This document shows, in pieces, positions 1 through 12,417 of a stretch of DNA of 64,000 bases. The position numbers were made by a program, and so were the translations under genes. Below the pieces are notes generated by a model. That model saw nothing but the letters and a program-made list of their open reading frames with translations. It was not told the origin of the DNA and did not search any database. The stretch lies in NCBI GenBank assembly GCA_026770705.1, contig JANJGN010000151.1, forward strand, positions 434,001-498,000, written 5' to 3'. This stretch comes from Isurus oxyrinchus (taxonomy: Eukaryota). The number at the start of each line of letters is the position of its first letter. Position 1 is the first letter of the stretch.

Positions 1-54
1 ATGTAATCATTAAAAGTTGGAAAGATCATTAAAAGTTTCCCTGTCTCTCTAATT

Positions 55-195
55 CTGAAATCTTTGCCCACAGACATTTCACCTTCCACATTCAGAGGGC
101 GATGATATTCAGGTCCTGATGAATCGAATAACTATCAGATCATGACATGATATTTGGTTTGAGGCTCCCGCTTGGGAATCCTCCTGTTCTAACTC
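55..195 (-). pseudogene. Truncated 5' end of a C2H2-ZNF coding exon
   Basis: TTTTACAG acceptor at 196-197 followed by a leader (…TGAATATCATC…TGAATGTGGAAGG) resembling those preceding the ZNF ORFs at 4108 and 10171; breaks off before any complete finger. Confidence 0.5.
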
Positions 196-279
196 CTGTA
201 AAAGGAGTTTCCAGGGAAGTTTCACTGTGAATCCAGGACAGAAATTCACGACATGTTTTCTTCCTGCATCCAGTCCTAG

Positions 280-375
280 GATGGCCATGCCTGCGCCCTG
301 CCGCTTTAAATATGGCGGCTGCGCATGCGCCAGGCTGCACATTTTCCCTATAAAGATGGCGGCTGCTAACCCGCA
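280..375. promoter_or_regulatory. CpG-rich promoter-proximal module (NRF1 + YY1 motifs)
   Basis: GCGCATGCGC at 321-330 and AAGATGGCGGC at 353-363; paralogous module at 5761-5802. Confidence 0.55.
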
Positions 376-534
376 ACTGTCACTGGCAGAAACATCAACC
401 GTGTCCGGCCTCTCGGTGTAACCAACGGATTGTATCAGAAGTACTGGAACAGACTTCTCACCCTCCGGATGCTTCTTGAATGATGGCGGATAAGGAGACC
501 CAGAATGCTCCGCGCGAGTGTATACGTCGTATAC

Positions 535-2067
535 AAAAACAGAACTACCTGGAAAAACTCAGCAGGTCTGGCAGCATCGGCGGAGGAGAAAAGAGCTGAC
601 GTTTCGAGTCCTCATGACCCTTCGACAGAACTTGATTTCGAGTCCAGGAAAGAGTTGAAATATAAGCTGGTTTAAGGTGTGTGGGGGGGGGGGGGGGGGG
701 GGAAGGAGAGAGAGAGAGAGACAGAGGTGCTTGTGTAGACAAACAAGCAGTGATAGAAGCAGATCATCAAAAGATGTCAGTAACAATGGTACCAAAGAAC
801 ACATAGGTGTTAAAGTTAAAGTTGGTGATATTATCTAAATGAATGTGCTAATTAAGAATGGATGGTAGGGCACTCAAGGTACAGCTCTAGTGGGGGTGGG
901 GGGAGCATAAAGGATTTTAAAATATTTAAAAATAATGGAAATAGGTGGGAAAAGAAAAATCTATAAAATTTATAGGGAAAAAAAAGGGGGGAAAAAGGGG
1001 GAAACAGAAAGGGGGTGGGGATGGGGGAGGGAGCTCACGACCTAAAGTTATTGAATTCAATATTCAGACCGGAAGGCTGTAAGGTGCCTAGTCGGAAGAT
1101 GAGGTGTTGTTCCTCCAGTTTGCGTTGGGCTTCACTGGAACAATGCAGTAAGCCAAGGACAGACATGTGGGCAAGAGAGCAGGGTGGAGTGTTAAAATGG
1201 CAAGCCACAGGGAGGTTTGGGTCATTCTTGCGGACAGACCGCAGGTGTTCTGCAAAGCGGTCGCCCAGTTTACGTTTGGTCTCTCCAATGTAGAGGAGAC
1301 CACATTGGGAGCAACGAATGCAGTAGACTAAGTTGGGTGAAATGCAAGTGAAATGCTGCTTCACTTGAAAGGAATGTTTGGGCCCTTGGACGGTGAGGAG
1401 AGAGGAAGTGAAGGGGCAGGTGTTACATCTTTTGCGTGGGCATGGGGTGGTGCCATAGGGGGGGGTTGAGGAGTAGGGGGTGATGGAGGAGTGGACCAGG
1501 GTGTCCCGGAGGGAGCGATCTCTACGGAATGCCGATAAGGGGGGTGAAGGGAAGATGTGTTTGGTGGTGGCATCATGCTGGAGTTGGCGGAAATGGCGGA
1601 GGATGATCCTTTGAATGTGGAGGCTGGTGGGGTGATAAGTGAGGACAAGGGGGACCCTATCATGTTTCTGGGAGGGAGGAGAAGGCGTGAGGGCGGATGC
1701 GCGGGAGATGGGCCGGACACGGTTGAGGGCCCTGTCAACGACCGTGGGTGGAAAACCTCGGTTAAGGAAGAAGGAGGACATGTCAGAGGAACCGTTTTTG
1801 AAGGTAGCATCATCGGAACAGATGCGACGAAGGCGAAGGAACTGGGAGAATGGGATGGAGTCCTTACAGGAAGCGGGGTGTGAGGAGCTGTAGTCGAGGT
1901 AGCTGTGGGAGTCGGTGGGTTTGTAGTGGATATTGGTGGACAGTCTATCACCAGAGATTGAGACAGAGAGGTCAAGGAAGGGAAGGGAAGTGTCAGAGAT
2001 GGACCACGTGAAAATGATGGAGGGGTGGAGATTGGAAGCAAAATTAATAAATTTTTTCAAGTCCCGG
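535..2067 (-). mobile_element. Penelope-like retroelement, 5'-truncated
   Basis: Intact ORF 1035-2081 with RT C-terminal motifs (LPFLDLSV, YKPTDSHSYL) and GIY-YIG endonuclease (NLVYCIRCSQCGLLYIGETKR…RFAEH); 3' terminal region near-identical to 23165-23540. Confidence 0.9.
593..633 (-). ncRNA. Minimal hammerhead-ribozyme-like motif in the Penelope terminal repeat
   Basis: AGTT-CTGTCGA-AGGGTC-ATGAG-GACTC-GAAAC-GTC-AGCT: stem I, core (variant of CUGANGA), stem II, GAAA, palindromic ACGT stem III, GUC site. Confidence 0.55.
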
Positions 2068-2081
2068 TAGAATTGGGGCAA
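1035..2081 (-). CDS. Penelope RT C-terminus + GIY-YIG endonuclease (partial)
   Basis: 348-aa uninterrupted frame ending GLNIEFNNFRS; lacks the N-terminal RT core, and the start is an artefact of truncation. Confidence 0.8.
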   Translation of the reverse strand: MPQFYRDLKKFINFASNLHPSIIFTWSISDTSLPFLDLSVSISGDRLSTNIHYKPTDSHSYLDYSSSHPASCKDSIPFSQFLRLRRICSDDATFKNGSSDMSSFFLNRGFPPTVVDRALNRVRPISRASALTPSPPSQKHDRVPLVLTYHPTSLHIQRIILRHFRQLQHDATTKHIFPSPPLSAFRRDRSLRDTLVHSSITPYSSTPPYGTTPCPRKRCNTCPFTSSLLTVQGPKHSFQVKQHFTCISPNLVYCIRCSQCGLLYIGETKRKLGDRFAEHLRSVRKNDPNLPVACHFNTPPCSLAHMSVLGLLHCSSEAQRKLEEQHLIFRLGTLQPSGLNIEFNNFRS

Positions 2082-2269
2082 TTTGGTGGTTTAGTCAAAC
2101 TTTTCACATTTGTCAGACTCGGAGAACAATTTGTAATAAACAACTATTTACTTATTAAATTTACAAACCTGGTGCTCCTATTCTGTTAACCTAAGTTAAA
2201 CAGTTAGGTAGAATTGGGCCAATTTGGTGGTTTGGTCAAACTTTTCACATTTGTCAGACTCAGAGAACA
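2066..2269. repeat. ~63-bp direct repeat pair at the Penelope truncation junction
   Basis: GGTAGAATTGGG…CAGACTC(G/A)GAGAACA at 2066-2128 and 2207-2269 with 3 mismatches. Confidence 0.8.
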
Positions 2270-2309
2270 GTGGGGCTTGATATTACAGCGCACTATCCCC
2301 AGTGAGGCG

Positions 2310-2815
2310 TGACAACAGTGAGAGCACCTGAATGGTCTCTCGTCGGTGTGATGGTGGGTCACTTCGCCCAAAGATTTATCGCACTTCCCACAGTTTGGGC
2401 ACTTAAAAGGTCTCTCCCTCGTGTGAATTCGCTGGTGTGTCAACATGTTGGATAACTGAATGAATCCCCTCCCACACGGAGCAGGCGAACAACCTTTCCT
2501 CTGTGTGAATGCGCCGATGAGCTAACAGCTCGGGTGGATAATCAAATCCCTTTCCACAGTCCCCACATTTCCACGGTTTCTCCATGGTGTGGATGCTGTT
2601 CCTCTCCAGATTGGATGACCAACTGAAGCCTCGTCCACACACAGTACACGTGCATGGTTTTTCCTTGCTATGAATGGTGTGGCGCTTATTCAGGCTGTAA
2701 CACTGGTTAAAGCTCTTTCCACAGCGAGTTCACTGGAACACCCTCACTCAGGTGTTTGTGTGTTTCGGTGCTTTTCCAGTCACACTGATGTTTGAAATCT
2801 TTTCCCACAGACAAA
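2310..2815 (-). pseudogene. Degenerate C2H2 zinc-finger gene
   Basis: Frameshifted finger fragments in ORFs 2403-2642 (CGRGF…[12 protein letters not shown]) and 2204-2446 ([14 protein letters not shown]). Confidence 0.85.
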
Positions 2816-3319
2816 ACAAACAGGGAAAGATGGGAGAGAAACTAGAGAAAGATGTGGTTTGGAGGTCAGTGAGGGGGAAGTTCAGAGGCATTATCCTGGT
2901 AGACAAGTGGAAGGGAGGGAAGAAGCAGAGGCAGCTAATAAGATTCTCTCAATCTTAGTGACAAAGAAGTTACATGAGCAACTCAAATGTGTTGTTGGAG
3001 GTGAGAATGGCGGAGACAGGGAGAGGGAGAGCCCTTCAAAAGAAACTAACTTTGTTAGTGAGATATTAAAAAGACTCAACACACTGTGCATGTTTAACAC
3101 AAAGCTGATCTACTTGACTTTTATCCAAAATATTAACCCCAGTAATGCGAATAGAGTTTATTAACGTCAGCAGAAACAGATACCAATGAACAAGGGTCAG
3201 TCCTGGGTGAAATTAACAGAAAAATCCAATCACTGTAGTTACTTGTGAATTTGCAGGTGTCTCAGCAGATAGGACGACTGAGTGAATCCCTTTCCACACT
3301 CGGAACAGGTGAATGGTCT

Positions 3320-4108
3320 CTACCCAGAGTGAATTCGTTGGTGTATAGTGAGTTGAGATGATCTCCTGAAGCCGCTCCCACAGTCAGAGCACCTGAATGG
3401 TCTCTCATCAGTGTGAATACGTTGATGATATGCCAGGTCACCAGAACATTTATAGCATTTCCCACAGTCTGGGCATTTAAAAGGTCTCTCCCCAGTGTGA
3501 ACTCGATGGTGCCTCAGCAGGTGGGATGACTGAGTGAATCCCTTCCCGCACTCGGAGCAGGTGAATGGTCTCTCCCCAGTGTGAACGCGCTGGTGTTTCA
3601 GCTGATCAGATATCTGACTGAATCCCTTCCCACACTTGGAGCAGGTGAATGGTCTCGCCCCAGTGTGGATTCGTTGGTGTGACAGTAGGTTGGATGACTG
3701 AGTGAATCCCTTCCCACACTCAGAGCAGGTGAATGGCTTCTCCCCACTGTGTACTCGCTGATGTTTTAGCAGGATGGATGATCGAGCAAATGTCTTCTCA
3801 CACTTGGAGCAGCTGAATGGTCTCTCCCCAGTGTGAACTTGCTTGTGTTTCAGCAGGCTGGATAACTGAGTGAATCCCTTCCTGCACTCAGAGCAGTTGA
3901 ACGGCTTCTCCCCGGTGTGAATGCGTCGATGAATGTCTAGCTGGGATGGGTAACTGAATCCCTTCCCACACTCCCCACATTTCCACAGTTTCTCCCCAGT
4001 GTGACCGCGCTTGTGTCTCAACAAGTCAGATGATTGATTGAAGCCTCGTCCACACACAGAACACGTGTACGGTTTCTCTCCAATGTGAATGGTGCTTTTT
4101 CCTTCCAT
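3320..4108 (-). CDS. C2H2 zinc-finger protein, 9 fingers (10th lost to a premature stop)
   Basis: Tandem CxxC-x12-HxxxH fingers with TGE(K/R)P linkers; ATG at 4108, splice acceptor at 4215-4216; no KRAB or SCAN domain in this exon. Confidence 0.85.
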   Translation of the reverse strand: MEGKSTIHIGEKPYTCSVCGRGFNQSSDLLRHKRGHTGEKLWKCGECGKGFSYPSQLDIHRRIHTGEKPFNCSECRKGFTQLSSLLKHKQVHTGERPFSCSKCEKTFARSSILLKHQRVHSGEKPFTCSECGKGFTQSSNLLSHQRIHTGARPFTCSKCGKGFSQISDQLKHQRVHTGERPFTCSECGKGFTQSSHLLRHHRVHTGERPFKCPDCGKCYKCSGDLAYHQRIHTDERPFRCSDCGSGFRRSSQLTIHQRIHSG

Positions 4109-4384
4109 GTTCAAAATCCAATCATATTCAGGTTAGGAGAAAATTGGGCGACTGTCAGATCCTGATGTGATTTCTTTTGAGCTTCATGAATGCAAATCCT
4201 CCCTCCTTAATACCCTGTGAAATTGATTTAAAACAGATTAAAGGGAGTGACAGAGAACCCACAATAACCCACAAGTTATGAAATTAAGCTGCATGAATCT
4301 GGTAATTTGTAGAGTCAGCACTAGGAAAAGGTGACCATGAAGGCTGCCGGGTTGTCATAAAATCCCTACTTCTTGGGTTAACAG

Positions 4385-5275
4385 TCAGGTCAAGTGTCTT
4401 GGGCTACAGGAAGATATAGACAGGATGGTCAAATGGGCAGATAAGTGGCAGATGGAATTTAATCCTGAAAAGTGTGAGGTGATTCACTTTGGAAGGAGTA
4501 ATTTGACAAGGAAGTATTCAATGAATGGCATGACACTAGGAAGTTCTGAGGAACAAAGGGACATTGGTGTGTGTTTCCAAAGATCTCTGAAGGCGGAGGG
4601 GCATGTTAGTGGGGCGGTGAAAAAGGCAAATGGGACATATATAAAATCCCTTTATCAATCGAGGCATAGATTACAAAAGTAGGGAGGTCATGTTGGAGTT
4701 GTATAGAACCTTGGTGAGGCCACAGCTGGAGTAGTGTGTGCAGTTCTGGTCGCCACATTTTAGGAAGGATGTGATTGCACTGGAGGTGGTGCAGAGGAGA
4801 TTCACCAGGATGTTGCCTGGGATGAAACATTTAAATTGGGAAGCGAGGTTGGATAGACTTGGGTTGTTTTCGTTGGAGCAGGGAAGACTGAGGGGCGATC
4901 TGATCGAGGTGTCAAGGTTATGAGGGGTGTGGACAGGGTAGATAGGGAGCAGCTGTTCCCCTTAGTTGAAGGGTCAGTCACGAGGGAATATAAGTTCAAG
5001 GTGAGGGGCAGGAGGTTTGGGGGGGATGTGAGGAAAAACTTTTTTACCCAGAGGGTGGTGACGGTCTGCAATGTGCTGCCTGGGAGGGTGGTGGAGGTGG
5101 GTTGCCTCACATCCTTTAAAAAGTACCTGGATGAGCATTTGGCATGTCATAACATTCAAAGCTATGGGCCAAGTGCTGGTAAATGGGATTAGGTAGGTAG
5201 GTCAGTTGTTTCTCACGTGTTGGTGCAGGCTCAATGGACCGAAGGGCCTCTTCTGCACTGTGAGATTCTTCACTG
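4385..5275 (+). mobile_element. CR1-clade (HER1-like) LINE 3' fragment
   Basis: WADKWQMEFNPEKCEVIHFG, QFWSPHFRKD, LGLFSLEQGRLRGDLIEV, FFTQRVV motifs across frameshifts. Confidence 0.9.
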
Positions 5276-5754
5276 ATGTCACTCAGGGAATGGAACCTGC
5301 CACCTTGGCTTGGACCTACACTGAATCTGGCCTCTGTGGGAGGAGGGAGAGAGGCAGAGAGAGAGAGATTGGCAGGGTACCAGCGGGCTAAGGAGCGGGA
5401 TTTTATATATGTATAACTCAACCAATACTTTGACAGAATCTCCCAAACCCTGAGCCTCCACTGCCCAGTATCATAAGGGCAGCAAGTGTATGTGAACATC
5501 ATCACCTCCAAATTCCCCTCCAAGTCACACGGTCCTGACTTGTCAGGATGTACTGGATGTACCACATGCAGTACCTTCCTCCATTTAAACATTTGATTAA
5601 TTCAGTGACAATGACAGATCTGAATGTTATGTTTAGTTGAGTTTTTTGTCTTGAAACCGGATTCTAACCTTCGATAAAAGGAGTTTCCAAAATCCATCGG
5701 TCAGTCCAGGACAGAAATTCACAACATCCTCTCCTCCTGCTGACAGGGACATGG

Positions 5755-6470
5755 ATGGCCGCGCATGCGCCCCGCTGCACATTGACCTATAAAGATGGCG
5801 GCTGTTAACCCGGGCCTGTCTCCGAGGGGAGACTCGGGCCACAGCTGCAACCGGACCATTCGCTGCAACCCCGCGACCGGTAGTTTGTTCTTCGCGATCT
5901 CAGGCCTCCACTGAGTGATTTTCAAGCTTCCCGCCCACTCCATTCCTCCCACTCTCCGGCTCCATTGACTCCAGTTGGAGCCCACGTCGCCCTGTGACCG
6001 AGAAAAGTCCCAAAGCTCCCGCCCCGATTGGTGCAAACGCGTTACCTGTGGCTCCTTCTTTGGCGTTTGACGCCTCCACTGAGTGTTTGTGAAGCCTCCC
6101 CTCCGACCCACTGCCCCTAACGCTGCCGCCGCTTCTCCGCCTCCTTCCTGCCTGAAGATGAGATAAACAAGCGTCTGTCTGTGGACATCACCTGCACTGC
6201 GCATGCTCCAGGTCATAATACACCGGGGGGTGTATGATTGACAGTAGCTCCGGAGCAATAGGAAGAAGGGGCGGGATTGCAGGACACAGCAAGAACGGCT
6301 AGTCCTCCAACCAATCGGAGTGAATGGGGGGCGGGGCTGAAACTCTGCATCATTTTGGAAGCTGATTTGTCTCAAACTCCTTGAGAAAACTGGACCTTTC
6401 TGTTTGTGGCTTTAAACAGATGAAACCCTGTGGGTGTGGAGCAAACATTTCAACATTTGTTGCTGAAATA
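5755..6470 (-). promoter_or_regulatory. CpG-rich promoter / first-exon region of the ZNF gene at 3320-4108
   Basis: NRF1 (5761-5770), YY1 (5792-5802), TGCGCATGC (~6198), CCAAT and GGGGCGGG boxes at ~6255-6340; 6196-6470 is duplicated at 16413-16710. Confidence 0.6.
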
Positions 6471-6799
6471 TGGGAAAATAATGAAACAATGTACAAATAA
6501 TTCAAGGGCCGAATTAAAGGAATAACTGGGCAGACAGGGAATGTCACCATTAGAACAAAGAGAGTCCCTGGTTTCAATAGATAAAGTGGTAGAAGGTTTA
6601 GGACAGGTTAGGGGGAAAGTTAATACTGTTATTATTCAGAACAACACAGAATGTAAAGGAAAAACTGATCTCAAAGACATCTCCTTGCAGTATGTATGGA
6701 TCAGATACATACATAATTTAACGTCTTTAAAAATTGTATGTTTTCTCAATCGAACAATTATATTGTGTTCTGTGGTTACCTACCATTCTGCAAATGAAA

Positions 6800-7250
6800 A
6801 CAATTTCTCGCTGTGTAGATGAAAATTCCTCAAAACCTCAACATCTCTATTAAATCTCTCCTTAATCCCATCTTCTTCAGTCTATCCACAAAACTGAAAT
6901 CCCTCATCCTTGAGATTATCCCAGTCATTCTTCCCTAGACCCTTTCCAATTTCTTGACAGCTTTCCGAATGTATCGTACTCAGAATTGGACATAATAGTT
7001 CAGTTAAGAATTAACCATAGATTTATAAAGATTCATTGTATCTTCCTTGCTTTTGTATTCCATGCCTCTGTTAATAAAACTAAGGTCTCCATTAGCTTTT
7101 ATCAATCACTTTGATCAACTAGTCCTGTCACATTCCAAGATTTTTTTTTACTTTCACACCCAGGTCACTCTGTTCTTGCACTCTGTTTAAAATTGTACCA
7201 TTTAGTTTATACTGCCTCTCCTCATTCATCCTTCCAAAATACATCATTGA
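6800..7250 (-). mobile_element. Degenerate CR1-like LINE fragment
   Basis: Reverse-strand similarity to the CR1 RT 3' region seen at 14500-14950. Confidence 0.55.
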
Positions 7251-7659
7251 CTGTGAATCACTTTGGGATGGCTTTAAGGCAGTGAAAGATTCTAAATTAA
7301 TAAAGAACTTTCTTTTTTACAACTGATTTAAAATTCTCGATTTTGCTCCAAAGATGAAATTGAGATTGATGTTCAAAGTTAACTATTTTGCTGCAGAAAC
7401 AACTTCAACCGGAAGTCAGTGAATAAAGAGGAAAGATCCCAGACAGCAGTTCTTCAAGGTACACTGCAGGCCTTACAGCTCAGTTAGCTCCACTCTTAGC
7501 TCAGGAGACCTCAACAATTCCACATACTGTCCACAGGGGAGTTCTCCTGGTACAGTGGGACCAACATTCGTGGTTTAACTAATACCACCAAAAAACTGGA
7601 TTAATCGGTCACTTGCTTGCCACTTGTGGAATCTTACTTTGCCCAAACTGGCTTCCTGA

Positions 7660-9065
7660 AACAATAACAACTTGGTATTTATGTAACACATTGAATGTAA
7701 TAAAATGTCCTAAGGTGCTTTAGAGGAGTTTCATAAAGAAAATTTGATACTGAGTCACATAGGGTGATCAAAGGGTAGATGGTCAAAACCTGGATTGGAG
7801 AGTCAGATTGGAACAAGCATTTGTCATCAGGGGAGAGGTTTAGGGGGGGAATTTCAGAGCTTCGCACTGAGGCATGGCGACCAATGGTGGAGTAATTAAA
7901 ATCAGAGATGCTAAAGAGGCCAGGGTAAGGAGTGCGTATATCTCAGAGGTTCTGTGACTGGAGATTACAGAGATAGGGAGGAAAACGGCCATGGAGGGAT
8001 TTGAAATCAAGAATGTGAATTTTAAAATTGAGGCATTGTTTGACCATTGTAGGTCAGTGAGCACAGGGGTGATGGATAAACAGGACTTGGTGTGAGAAAA
8101 CACATGGGCAGCAGAGTTTTGGATGATCTCATGTTTCCGTGTGGGGGTGGGGTGAATGTATTGAGGCTGGTCAGGAATGTATTGGAATTGTCAAGTCTAA
8201 AGGTAACATGGGCATGTTTGAGGGTTTCAGCAGCAGATGAGCTGGGGTGGGGGGGGAGACAAGTGAAGTTATGGAGATTGAAATATCTGGTATTCGTGAT
8301 GGTGTGGGTATGTGGTCAGAATCTCATCTTGGGGTCAAATATGACATCAAGATTGTGAAGAGTGTGGTTCAGCCTCAGACAGTTCCCAGGGAGAGGGATG
8401 GACTTGGCAGTTAGGAAACAGAATTTATTGTGGTGACTGAAGACAATGGCTTTGGTCTTCCAAATTGTTAACTGGAGGAAATTTCTGCTCATTTCAGTAC
8501 TGGATGTGGGATAAGCAGTTTGATAATTTAGTAACAGTGGAGGAATGGAGAGAGATGGTGGTGAGGTAGAGCTGGGCGTTGTCAGTGTACATGTGAAAAC
8601 TAACACGGTGCTTTTGGATGGTGTCACATAGTGGCAGCAGGTAGATGAGAAATAGGAGGGGCCAAGGATAGATCCTTGGGGGACACCAAGGACAAGGACA
8701 TTGGAAAGGAAAGGGAGTTTGGAGATGGGGTTAAAGATTTTTTTTTATGGAATGGGTGATGATGGTGGATTAAAAGATAGAGGGATAGTACCAGGAGAGA
8801 GCGAGAGTTGAATGTCAGCAGCTTAGTGGGAATAGGGTCAGTAGAGCAGAAAGTGGGTCTCATGGATAAGATGAGCACTGAAGGGAATGAGGGAGAGATA
8901 GAAGAGAAACTGGGGAAAGATGCGAGTTCAGGACTTGGACAAGGAAGAGCTTTAAAGACAGTTTTGCCCGATGGACCAGTGGAAGGGAGGGAAGCAGCAG
9001 AGTCAGCAGATGGGATTGTCTCAATCTTAGTGACAAGGAAGCTCCATGAGCTCCTCACACTTGTT
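7660..9065 (-). mobile_element. L2-like LINE fragment
   Basis: Degenerate RT motifs (MSRNFLQL…KTKAIVF; NLDVIFDPKM; SITPVLTDLQW). Confidence 0.75.
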
Positions 9066-9301
9066 GGGGTGAGTATGGAGAAGAGAGAGGAGAGGGACAG
9101 CCCTTCAAAAGGAACTTGGTGAGTTAGAGAGATTAAAAAGATTCACCTCACTGTGTACTTTACACAAAACTAATCTTTTTTAAATTTCAACAATACTAAA
9201 ACCTACAACTGGTTTGGAGTTTACTAATATCAGCAGAAACAGACCCCAAAGAACATGGTTCAGTCCTGAATGTGATGAACAGCTAAATCCAATCACTGTA
9301 G

Positions 9302-10171
9302 TTACTTGTGAACTTGCTGGTGTCTCATCAGGATGGATGACCGAGTGAATCTCTTCCCACACTCGGAGCAGGTGAATGGTCTCTCCCCAGTGTGAACTCG
9401 CTGGTGTACAGTGAGTTCAGATGATCGCCTGAACCCAGTCCCACAGTGGGAGCACCTGAACGGTCTCTCGTCAGTGTGAACACGTTGATGAAACATTAGT
9501 TCCCAGAACCTTTTGTAGCATTTCCCACATTCTGGACAATTAAAAGGTCTCTCATCAGTGTGAACACGCTGATGGGACATCAGATCCCCAGAACTTTTAA
9601 AGCACTTCCCACAGTCTGGGCATTTAAAAGGTCTCTTGTCAGTGTGAACTCGCTGGTGTCTCAACAGGTTGGATGCATCAGTGAATCCTATCCCACATGC
9701 AGAGCAGGTGAATGGCCTCTCTCCTGTGTGAACTCGCTGATGTTTCAGCAGGTTGGATGAATCAGTGAATCCTTTCTCACATGCAGAGCAGATGAATGGC
9801 CTCTCTCCAGTGTGAACTCGCTGGTGTCTCAGCAGGGACGATAAATGAGTGAATCCCTTCCCACACTCAGAGCAGGTGAACGGTCTCTCCCCAGTGTGAA
9901 CGCGCTGGTGTGTCAGCAAGTTTGCTGACCAAATGAATCCCTTCCCACATATGGAGCAGATGAATGGCTTCTCCCCAGTGTGAGTGCGTTGATGAGTATC
10001 CAACTCAGAAGGGGATCTGAATCCCTTCCCACAGTCTCCACATTTCCATGGTTTCTCCCCTGCATGACTGCACTTGTGTTTCGACAGGCCAGATGATCGG
10101 CTGAAGCCTCGTCCACACACAGGACACGTGTGCGGTTTCTCACTGCTGTGAATGGTGCTTTCTCCTTCCAT
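9302..10171 (-). CDS. C2H2 zinc-finger protein, 10 fingers
   Basis: Ten tandem fingers with canonical linkers, ATG at 10171, ends HQQVHK*; paralogous to 3320-4108 including flanks. Confidence 0.9.
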   Translation of the reverse strand: MEGESTIHSSEKPHTCPVCGRGFSRSSGLSKHKCSHAGEKPWKCGDCGKGFRSPSELDTHQRTHTGEKPFICSICGKGFIWSANLLTHQRVHTGERPFTCSECGKGFTHLSSLLRHQRVHTGERPFICSACEKGFTDSSNLLKHQRVHTGERPFTCSACGIGFTDASNLLRHQRVHTDKRPFKCPDCGKCFKSSGDLMSHQRVHTDERPFNCPECGKCYKRFWELMFHQRVHTDERPFRCSHCGTGFRRSSELTVHQRVHTGERPFTCSECGKRFTRSSILMRHQQVHK

Positions 10172-10719
10172 GTTCAAAATCCGATGATATTCAGGTTACG
10201 ATAAATTGGGTGACTCTGTCAGATCCTGATGTGATGCTTGGTTTGAGTTTCCGGACTCGAAATCCTCCCCTTCTAAAAACCTGTCAAAATATTTTAAAAT
10301 AGAAAAAAATGAGAGAGACCCCACAAAAACACAAAGACAGGTTGTGAAATTGAGCTGAATGAATCTGCTGATTTGTGGGGCCGACACTAGGAAAAAGTGA
10401 CCATGAAAATTGCTGGACTGTCGTAAAACCCCAACTGGTTCACTAATGTGCTTCAGGGAAGGAAACATGCCACCCAGTCTGGTCCTATACAAGACTCTGG
10501 AATATGGGGGGAGAAGAGTGAAAGAGGCCTGGGAGCAGAAGCAGAGAACGAGAGGAATATTATTTATATTTGTGCAAATCGACCAGAACTTTGACAGAAT
10601 CTCATGAATCCTCAATCTCCACCACCTAGAAGGACCAGGGTAGCGGGTGTATGTGAACACCATCACCTCCAGGTTCTCCTCCAAGTCACACACCATCCTG
10701 ACCTGCCCAACACCCAGCA

Positions 10720-11170
10720 CTGGATGAGGAGAATTTTCCTCTGTTTAAATATTGAGAAGGCTGAAGCCGTTGACTTCAGTCCCCAGTACAAACTTCACTC
10801 CCTAGGCACCGACTCCAACCCCCTCCCTGTCAACTGCCTGAGGCTGAAAAAGATTGTTCAAAACAATGGTGTCATATTTGACTCCAAGGCAAGCTCCACC
10901 CACATACCTGCATCATCATGAAGACTGGATTCCACCTTACTAACATCGCCAGACTCCACCCCAGTCTCAGCTCATCTGCTGCTGAAACCATCATCCATTC
11001 CTTTGTTCCCTCTGAGATGTCTGCACTCTACTTCTGACTTACTGACAATTCCTGATTTCATTTGCTCCACATTTGGTACCTATAGCTGCCAAGGCCATAA
11101 ACTCTGGGTTTTCATTACTAATCCTGTCTGCCTCTCTATCTTCCTTTCCTCCTTTAAGATACTCCTTTAA
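10720..11170 (+). mobile_element. L2-like LINE fragment
   Basis: WMRRIFLCLNIEKAEAVDF…NNGVIFDSK. Confidence 0.6.
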
Positions 11171-11739
11171 AAAGACCTCTGCTTCCGGTACCCCATGAGT
11201 TCATAGAAGCAATCACTATCAGTCCAGGATGGAAATTCAGAGGAGACAAATATTTTCTTGCTTTGAGTTTGCTGTGCATAAATCCTCCCCTTCTAACCCC
11301 CTGTAAAAGGAGTTTCCAAAATCCATCCCAGCATAGAAATTCACAGCATTCTCTCCTCCTTCCTGGTCCAGGATGACCTCACATGTGTCCTCTGCACATT
11401 GTCCCTCATTGTCATCAGCAATCCCTTGATTAGAGGGTGATGTCTACTCAGGGTTGTGAGTTTCTGCCATTGGTCTTCATGTGACTGAACAGACACACAG
11501 ATCTTTGGACACATGGGGCAGGTCATCTATGAGGTAGTGAGATCAGGAGAGCAGGATTTTCTTCCTTTTCTTGCCTTCTCTGCTGCTGCTTTGCCTCATC
11601 AATAAGACATTATTGATCAGCTCAAAGGTTAATACAGCTTGATGGACAAGTTGTCATCATTTTGAACAATGGGTAACAAGCTCCTCCCAGTCATTAAAAC
11701 ATTGGCCCCTACAAAGATGCTGGTCATGCACGTGGCCAT

Positions 11740-12056
11740 TGTGGTGACATAGTGGCATTGTGATGTACTCGTATTCAAGAGACCCAGGGTAATGCTCTGG
11801 GGATGTGGGTTCAATCCCCACCACAGCAGATGGTGAAATTTGAATTCAATAAAAATCTGGAATTAAAAGTCTAAAGATGACGATGAAACCATTGTCGATT
11901 GTTATAAAAATCCTTACCTGGTCTGGCCTATCTGTGACCCCAGAGCCTACAGCAATGTGATGATTCTTAACTGCCCTCTGAACAAGGACACTTAGGAATG
12001 GCCAGTAATTGCTGGCCCCGCCACCAACACCCACATCCCAGGAATGAATAAAAAAT
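11740..12056 (+). mobile_element. tRNA-derived shark SINE (SacSINE1/Deu-SINE-like)
   Basis: A/B-box-like head (GTGGTGACATAGTGG…GGGTTCAATCCC), shared body and tail ending CCCACATCCCAGGAATGAATAAAAAA; several related copies in the window. Confidence 0.7.
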
Positions 12057-12169
12057 GATGGGGCCTTTAGCCTGAGCCGAACACGGCTGCGGGTTTACAC
12101 AACATGTCTCTGTCCATCACTCCCTCTGCCCCACCATCCCCCCCCAACCTTCACCCATTGTGGACCCCC

Positions 12170-12280
12170 ATTATCCGCACTGCGCATGCTTCAGTCAGCC
12201 CCGCCTCCTCATTGGTTGCAGGGCCAGCCTCTCACATGCACGTGCCCCCTAGTCCCGCCCCCTTTTCCTATTGGTTTGGA
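12170..12280. promoter_or_regulatory. Promoter-like motif cluster
   Basis: TGCGCATGC, two CCCGCC boxes, two ATTGG (CCAAT) and CACGTG within ~110 bp, ~2 kb upstream of the ZNF at 9302-10171. Confidence 0.5.
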
Positions 12281-12417
12281 GCAATTGTGACGGTTTCAGA
12301 TGCTGAGAGCGGCCACAGACTCAGCCTGACTTGCTGATTCTTGACAGCATTTTCTGTTTGGAAATTAGAGCTAGAGATGGATGGTCAGTTCCCCTCTGTT
12401 CGGGGGGATTCACACTC

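Noticed and set aside
5719-6375. 218-aa ORF as an upstream ZNF effector exon
   Set aside because: GC-rich promoter sequence with no recognisable domain; the paralogous cassette does not keep the frame.
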